Below, in pieces: positions 58,096 through 64,000 of a stretch of 64,000 nt of DNA. Each line of letters opens with the position of its first letter. The first letter of the stretch is position 1. Origin of the DNA: a virus (lineage: Duplodnaviria > Caudoviricetes); the IMG/VR virus record IMGVR_UViG_2585427684_000001, positions 6,736-70,735 of that record; one strand, given 5' to 3'. Position numbers and translations under genes: made by a program. The notes below the pieces were generated by a model. The model did not search any database, was not told the origin of the DNA, and worked only from the letters and a program-made list of their open reading frames with translations.

Positions 58096-58566
58096 ATGAA
58101 GATGCTGTTCATGTGTACGGCCAATAGCTGTCGCAGCGTCCTGTCCGAAGGACTGTTCAACCATGTTGCGCCGGACGGCTTCACGGCCATCAGTTCGGGC
58201 AGCCTCCCCAGCGGCAAACTCAATCCCCGTGCGGTGAGCACGCTGCAAGGACTGGGTGTCGACACGTCCGCCCTTTATAGCAAGGGATCAGAAGCGTTCG
58301 AGGACTCGCCACCCGATATCGTGATCACTGTGTGCGACAAGGCAAGTAGCGAAGCCTGTCCGGTGTATTTTGGCCCGGCCATCAAGAGCCACTGGGGGCT
58401 GCCTGACCCATCGGAAGTGGATGGCAGCGACGAGGCTATTCAGGTCGCATTCGACGCAACGGTTGAACACATCAAAAGGCGGTTCGCAGCGTTATTCGCG
58501 TTGGATCTGAAGACACTTCAAGGCGACGACCTGAAGCAGGCTTTGGATCGGATTGGAGCATTGTGA
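58096..58566 (+). CDS. arsC: Arsenate reductase (LMW-PTP/thioredoxin type)
   Basis: [22 protein letters not shown]. Confidence 0.93.
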   Translation: MKMLFMCTANSCRSVLSEGLFNHVAPDGFTAISSGSLPSGKLNPRAVSTLQGLGVDTSALYSKGSEAFEDSPPDIVITVCDKASSEACPVYFGPAIKSHWGLPDPSEVDGSDEAIQVAFDATVEHIKRRFAALFALDLKTLQGDDLKQALDRIGAL

Positions 58567-59300
58567 TGAACGAGTTCGATATCGACTCTGCCGAGGCCTT
58601 TCCTGCCCTCGATCTGTTGCTGATGGATCTGCCCACTGCCGATAAGCTTAACCTGGCTGATGCGTCGAACGTCAAACCACGCATCCTTCTGCTCTATGGA
58701 TCGACCAGAGAGCGTTCGTTCAGTCGTCTCTTGACGCAAGAGGCCGCTAGACTGCTCCAGTACATGGGCGCCGAGACGGTGATTTTCGATCCGTCAGGTT
58801 TGCCCTTGCCGGATGACGCGCCAGTCGAACACCCGAAGGTACAAGAGCTGCGTAATCTGGTGCTGTGGTCAGACGGACAGGTATGGTGTTCCCCCGAGCG
58901 TCATGGCGCTATGTCCGGGGTATTCAAAGCGCAGATCGATTGGATTCCTTTGACCCTGGGTGCCGTGCGGCCCACCCAAGGCAAAACACTCGCGGTGATG
59001 CAGGTGTGCGGCGGGTCTCAGTCATTCAACGCTGTGAACCAGATGCGTGTGTTAGGTCGATGGATGCGCATGCTGACCATCCCGAATCAGTCGTCCGTGC
59101 CGAAGGCGTATCTGGAGTTCGACGATGCTGGCCGAATGAAACCTTCGCCGTATTATGACCGCGTGGTCGATGTGATGGAGGAACTGGTGAAGTTCACGCT
59201 GCTGGTTCGTGGCCGTGAGGGCTATTTGGTAGATCGATATTCGGAGCGAAAAGAAAGCGCTGAAGCTCTATCGGCCAGGATAAATCAACGCTCCATCTAG
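58563..59300 (+). CDS. arsH: NADPH-dependent FMN reductase ArsH
   Basis: [29 protein letters not shown]. Confidence 0.96.
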   Translation: MMNEFDIDSAEAFPALDLLLMDLPTADKLNLADASNVKPRILLLYGSTRERSFSRLLTQEAARLLQYMGAETVIFDPSGLPLPDDAPVEHPKVQELRNLVLWSDGQVWCSPERHGAMSGVFKAQIDWIPLTLGAVRPTQGKTLAVMQVCGGSQSFNAVNQMRVLGRWMRMLTIPNQSSVPKAYLEFDDAGRMKPSPYYDRVVDVMEELVKFTLLVRGREGYLVDRYSERKESAEALSARINQRSI

Positions 59301-59539
59301 GAATCGCTTGGATGGGATGTCAGCCATTACGCAACTTCAATTGCAACGTGTAATGGCTGGTGCGCTTACGTCGTAGCTTCGTATCGAGCAGGTTGTGGCC
59401 AGGCGCGTGGTCTCGTCGTTGTCCATGAAGGGCACGGAGGAGGGAGGGCTGATCTGGCTGGAGTCGGTTGAACGGTTGAGTTCAGCGTGCCCTGGCTTAT
59501 CTGTGCGCTTGAACAAGCGGGCCAAGAAAGCAGGCATGA

Positions 59540-59731
59540 CTAGTCCTTTCTTAAAAGCCTGTTGAGCAGCCCCTCTTGGTGCACATTGTCGTAGCACCCA
59601 GGTTGATTAGGTGGCGTGGCGTCACAGGGGATATTTCGTTGATCCCAGCGACTTCCATAGGGGCTGTTGAAATAATGATTGCACCCCGTAAGCAGGGTCA
59701 CCACCAGCCCGATCAGTAGACCTTTATTCAT
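59540..59731 (-). CDS. Small lipoprotein (family B, copy 3)
   Basis: Lipobox LTGC; CDATPPNQPGCY..QEGLLN. Confidence 0.8.
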   Translation of the reverse strand: MNKGLLIGLVVTLLTGCNHYFNSPYGSRWDQRNIPCDATPPNQPGCYDNVHQEGLLNRLLRKD

Positions 59732-59990
59732 TGCACATTCAGCCCTCAAATGTCCCACGTAGTACGGTACTGGCAACTGGCAGGGCAGATTAAAGTCGAA
59801 TCGGATAGGTCCGTTGACTCAGCGGTAAGTTTCGCCCCTTTACGCAGCCAGCGCGCGTCATCTCCCATCGTTCAACGTTCAACGTTCATAATGCCGCTGA
59901 TAAACACGCTTTCTACAAGAAGCCGACCAAGCGCATGCTCTCGAATTCTGACACCTAGTGAGATGCCTGATCGGCCACCGCCAAAGCATA

Positions 59991-60323
59991 TTAGCCATTG
60001 ACCCGCACCGCCAGCAAAGCCCGTTCCTTGCTCAACGGCTTGAGCAGGCCTGGCTGCTCTCCGATGTTCATGAACAGATAGTAGTCTCCGCGCTCGCCAA
60101 GGAGAATGCGATAGACCTGGGCAGTTCTGTCGGTGCTGGGCGAAGTCAATTTGTCCACGAGCAGTGTGTAAGTGGTGACACCCAAGGTGCTCAAGGCCTG
60201 TGTAAGTTCGGTATCGATTTTCGCTCGCCATTTCTGCATGACGTGCCGGTGCGCCACGACCGTCAGGGCGATCGCCAACAGTGGCAACACCGCAGCTGCG
60301 AAGAAGGTCAGTAACGAATTCAT
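59991..60323 (-). CDS. Membrane-anchored hypothetical protein
   Basis: N-terminal TM; probable start MNSLL. Confidence 0.55.
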   Translation of the reverse strand: MNSLLTFFAAAVLPLLAIALTVVAHRHVMQKWRAKIDTELTQALSTLGVTTYTLLVDKLTSPSTDRTAQVYRILLGERGDYYLFMNIGEQPGLLKPLSKERALLAVRVNG

Positions 60324-60519
60324 GATTGATGCTCGCGGTAGATGTGCAGTGCGTCCAGGCATCGCTAATGGCGCCGTATCGCGACAGCCCAGCATTATGG
60401 CACCGACGTTCCCGCTCGTCTGATCGATGAGGTTCGATGCCATATTTCGCTAGTAGCCCAAGCGGCAGGCGGCTAATGTCCCTCGTAGCGGCCATTAGAC
60501 TAAAGTATTAGGAGGCGCG

Positions 60520-60819
60520 ATGCGGATACGCGGCAGTGTGTTCTGGTCCTGGGCTGACCCTACGTTGCACCATCGCGCGCACGAAGAGACATTAAGCGAC
60601 AAGACGTCGATTAATGTACAGGTTCGTCTGTCCCGAAAAGGCCTCGTTCAGCTGTTCATAGGTGTCTATGCCCCTGGCGGCGTGCCTGTCTATGAGGAGG
60701 CGTTCGACGACCGCCCAAAGGAGTCCATGTCCCGGGCATTGGCCTGGGGCGTCATGAGGGCCCGCGAAGTGGCTTCTTTCAATTCCCAGAGCATCCCCAA
60801 AAGCGGTCATGGAACATGA
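60520..60819 (+). CDS. Hypothetical protein
   Basis: RBS AGGAGG; 99 aa. Confidence 0.7.
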   Translation: MRIRGSVFWSWADPTLHHRAHEETLSDKTSINVQVRLSRKGLVQLFIGVYAPGGVPVYEEAFDDRPKESMSRALAWGVMRAREVASFNSQSIPKSGHGT

Positions 60820-61283
60820 TGGCTGCCGATACGTCTGAACTGCTGAGCGCAACAAATGCCCAACGTTTCACACGTTGAGGAGTTTGAACATGACTGAACA
60901 GCAACCTGAACCCAAAAAAGATCAGGTACCGGCTCACGCCACCGAGGAGGAAAAAGCGCGACTCAAGGACAAGAACAAGGATGGCATTCCGCCTGGAGTC
61001 GCCTGACAGTTTTTACCGGGCATGAACTTCTGAATGCCACCGCTTATCTGATTCAGGCGCCGGGTCATTCGGCTCAGGTCAGTCGTTATTCAAGCGGAAA
61101 GTTGCGTATGTTTTCAGAGGACTTCTACGGTATCTACCTTGTTGTGGAGGCGGTGGTGGCTTTCGTCGTGCTGGCGATCGCTGCTCATTGGAGTCAGGGT
61201 ACTTGAGGGTGCGAGACGGCACGGGTCAATCCTGTGCGGTCTGCAGCTGCATCTCTGGGGATTTATTTGAGCCAACTACCCGC

Positions 61284-61580
61284 TCAACCCCTGATCATCT
61301 CCAGCCGTTCGCGGCCTGCTTCGGTAATCGCGTTCTCGCCCTCGTCACTGATGCGGTACCGTCCCGATGGCAGCTTGTGAATCGAGAACCGCACCAGCCC
61401 GCTGCGGGCAAGCGCTTGTCCGGCTTCATAACTCATTGCATTTTCCAGATCGTAAACCTTGATCTCACCAATCTTGAAACGTGAAAACGCAATGAGTGCT
61501 GAATCGATGACGTCTTGGCTGACGGAATGAACGTGTTCCATTTGACTTCCCAGTTCGTGAGTGGCCCGGTCCATGGACAT
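61284..61580 (-). CDS. Hypothetical protein
   Basis: Protein-like composition; start uncertain. Confidence 0.5.
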   Translation of the reverse strand: MSMDRATHELGSQMEHVHSVSQDVIDSALIAFSRFKIGEIKVYDLENAMSYEAGQALARSGLVRFSIHKLPSGRYRISDEGENAITEAGRERLEMIRG

Positions 61581-61830
61581 AAGCAACGGACCTTGGCAGT
61601 TCGTCGAAAGGCGAACGCTACTACGCTTGGTACGAGACGTGTACTGGGTTTGCATCCACGCTGGATGCAAACCCAGCGACATGACCGCGGCACTGGGAGT
61701 GCCCGATGCTTTTCCCCACGACAGCTAACTGAATACTGTAGTAGCAGCCAAGCGCGTAGAGGCGTCATGAGCACTTTGCTTTTGACGCACTCAACCGCAA
61801 TACTTCGCGTATTCAATCGGAGGAAAGTGC

Positions 61831-62166
61831 GTGGAAACAAGAAGTGCTGTAGCTGAAATGTTCATTGGCATCCCAACACATTTCTGGGTATTGCCCGTGG
61901 CAGGCCTGATCGCGTATTACGGCGTCAAATGGTCAGCCAGGCCTACACCACGCGCGCACTGGATCAAAGGGGCAGCCTACTTGCTGCTGATCGCCCTGGC
62001 CTTGATCCCGAACGCACTTTACGCGCTCATGCCGCCTGCCCCCGGTCCTGAGCAGCTCATCGACAACCACCCTATGCCCAACTATGCCGGCCGCTTCTAC
62101 CTGGACCTGTTCTACGTATTCGGCGGCTGGGCGCTGAGCAAGGTGGTCAAGCTCAGGTTTCATTGA
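61831..62166 (+). CDS. Three-TM membrane protein
   Basis: RBS GGAGG; hydrophobic segments. Confidence 0.65.
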   Translation: METRSAVAEMFIGIPTHFWVLPVAGLIAYYGVKWSARPTPRAHWIKGAAYLLLIALALIPNALYALMPPAPGPEQLIDNHPMPNYAGRFYLDLFYVFGGWALSKVVKLRFH

Positions 62167-62201
62167 GACGATCTTCGGGGGATGGGATTGTACTCAATGC
62201 G

Positions 62202-62438
62202 TCACTTGTTACGCACGGCAGGGCTAAGTGAGCTCTGCATCTTGGTTGCCACCTCCCGCAGGGCTTCGGTTACCTGTGCAAGGGCTTCAATGTGTGCGTT
62301 CACGTCGATCTGATCCGGATGAGCACCCCGCGCCTGCATGAAGCGCGCATGGCCGTTCATGGCTTTGCCAAGTTCTTCTAGATGATCTGCGGTTTTGACC
62401 AAGTCCGATTTGATGCAGTCAAGTGATTCCATGAACAT
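62202..62438 (-). CDS. Helical hypothetical protein
   Basis: Start uncertain. Confidence 0.5.
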   Translation of the reverse strand: MFMESLDCIKSDLVKTADHLEELGKAMNGHARFMQARGAHPDQIDVNAHIEALAQVTEALREVATKMQSSLSPAVRNK

Positions 62439-62562
62439 GTTGACTCGATGGGCGATGCGTTCAACGTTAGCATGTTTGTCAGCCGCTGCGCTTGGCCCGG
62501 CTTCCAGCAACGGAAGGGAACGCCTGTGCCCACGCTCTTTCTCCACCTGCCCACGACCCCAA

Positions 62563-62769
62563 TCAGGAGGGTGCTTGATCTTCGGATTGCACCATTAGAA
62601 CCGATCCCTGAGCGTCAGTACCCAGCAAGGCCGGGCCACTATCAACACGCGTTTCGGCAAGCGCTGTATCAGGGGAGCGAAAGATCTGCTGACGCTGCTC
62701 GGGGCTCACGAGGGTTATCAGCTTACCGTTCTGGTAAAACAACCGCGTTTGTTTAGACGACTCGTTCAT
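62563..62769 (-). CDS. Short protein resembling the N-terminus of RHS-core proteins
   Basis: RLFYQNGKLIT..QIFRS..LAE..LLGTDAQGSVL. Confidence 0.55.
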   Translation of the reverse strand: MNESSKQTRLFYQNGKLITLVSPEQRQQIFRSPDTALAETRVDSGPALLGTDAQGSVLMVQSEDQAPS

Positions 62770-62886
62770 GGGCTCGGCATCCTTGGCTGAAGGGTTCGCG
62801 TGCCGGGATTGGCCTGATGACATTGCCACCCTATACCTGCCCTTGCTACTGGCAGAACTGTCAGGCGACAACCTGCACAGCGCCGC

Positions 62887-63195
62887 CTACTCTATCAAGC
62901 GTTCCGGGTTGAAGAAAAAAGAGGCGATCAGAACTGCGGCGATAACACCACTGGCGTCAGCCAGGAACAACGACAATGAGTGACTGTTGCCTGCTGTTGC
63001 GCCCAGGCCTGTAGCAAAATTCACCCCATGCGGGAATGCAGCGACCATCAGCAGCACGCTGGCCAGCAGGCAAGCGAGCAGCTTCATGTACAACCTGCCG
63101 AACGCCAGCCCGTAGGTCCAGAACACCAGGATGCACACCACGGCCAGACCGGTCGATGTTGCAAATTGTGCAAGCACTTCTAGCCACCACACCAT
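62887..63195 (-). CDS. Three-TM membrane protein
   Basis: Hydrophobic 102 aa. Confidence 0.6.
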   Translation of the reverse strand: MVWWLEVLAQFATSTGLAVVCILVFWTYGLAFGRLYMKLLACLLASVLLMVAAFPHGVNFATGLGATAGNSHSLSLFLADASGVIAAVLIASFFFNPERLIE

Positions 63196-63409
63196 GTAGG
63201 ACTCCAGCGAATCGCCTAATTAAATCAGTCAAGCAGTGCCCACATTTGTGTGGCTGTGCATGATTGCTCATCAGAAACAAGACAGGCTGCATTCGTTCCG
63301 CACGCCGGTAAAAAAGGGCAACCGTGATGTTTCCGGAATTCGACGATGGTCCATTCCTCCTTGGCCCTTTCACTTGCTAAAATGCCCGCGACTGATCGAG
63401 GCCAAAGAA

Positions 63410-63736
63410 ATGCCTAACTTCCTGTATGTCGTGGCGGCGCTGTGTGTAGCACTCGTGGGCTGCGCTTCACCCGGCAAGCCCACTGCAAGCAAGCTCACAT
63501 CCAAAACGCCCCAGCAATATGCCGCCTGCGTTATGCCGCAATGGCAGGCCTTGGCACCCAATTCAACGCAGAAATCCATCCCCCATGGCGTACGCATGAC
63601 GGCGCCTAGTGCGGTGACGACCGATGATGTGCTGGAGGTGATCGAGTCGGGGGAGGGTAGCCGCGCGACATTCTATAAAGGCAGCTTTCTGTCGGGCGAC
63701 AAGCTAAGGGTGGCGGCACGCGAATGCCTTGAGTGA
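63410..63736 (+). CDS. Lipoprotein (family C, copy 3)
   Basis: Lipobox LVGC; TSKTPQQYAACVMPQWQ; terminal CLE. Confidence 0.8.
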   Translation: MPNFLYVVAALCVALVGCASPGKPTASKLTSKTPQQYAACVMPQWQALAPNSTQKSIPHGVRMTAPSAVTTDDVLEVIESGEGSRATFYKGSFLSGDKLRVAARECLE

Positions 63737-64000
63737 CAGGTGCGTCAGGCGGGTTTGCAGGCGGGCGTGATCGCAGGAAAAAGGGCGGTCCTTCGCCTAT
63801 TCAAGAGCGTGGTAGTTGCGGCGCGCCGTTCATTGAAGCAGTGCAGGCTTGCGTGCGGTTTTGCGGCGTACTACATTGCATACCCAGCGCTTGCCACACC
63901 GGTAAGGCGCGCGGATGAACGTCAGGTCAGCGATCAACCTAGCCCCTTGTGCCTTCAGGGCTTGTGCGAGTTGTGCGAGCGTCTCAGCTTCGATAGTCAT

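Noticed and set aside
1-64000. CRISPR array, tRNA/rRNA, DGR or tandem guide-RNA array
   Set aside because: No regularly spaced repeats, cloverleaf, reverse transcriptase or TR/VR pair seen on manual reading; a tRNAscan/CRISPR tool run would be needed to exclude them formally

Overview
GC-rich, Pseudomonas-like (probably P. putida group, inferred from gene content) window with three parts. (1) ~1-44 kb: most of a lambdoid/HK97-type siphovirus prophage; its left end and integrase lie outside the window. It has a leftward early arm, a cI/cro switch with five readable operators, O/DnaC replication genes, a nin region with an internal tyrosine recombinase, Q, holins, HNH/terminase/portal/ClpP/capsid, a lambda-like tail with a ~2520-aa multi-module J, endolysin/Rz/Rz1, an adenine methylase, AT-rich cargo and a umuD-like gene. 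(2) ~44-51.5 kb: AT-rich candidate defence genes plus a decayed second prophage in which the core genes are broken but the opposite-strand morons are intact. (3) ~52-64 kb: many short genes and lipoproteins, an IS66 scar and arsRBCH. The best leads are a C5 methyltransferase whose missing motif IX lies in an overprinted +1 frame; three paralogous families of small lipoproteins, including a CDxxPxNQPGCY family placed just after the tail genes; a 2TM/PLD-like plus 3-His cupin gene pair; a stand-alone STAND-like ATPase; and a hairpin-packed PL leader. All calls come from reading the sequence; no database search was run.
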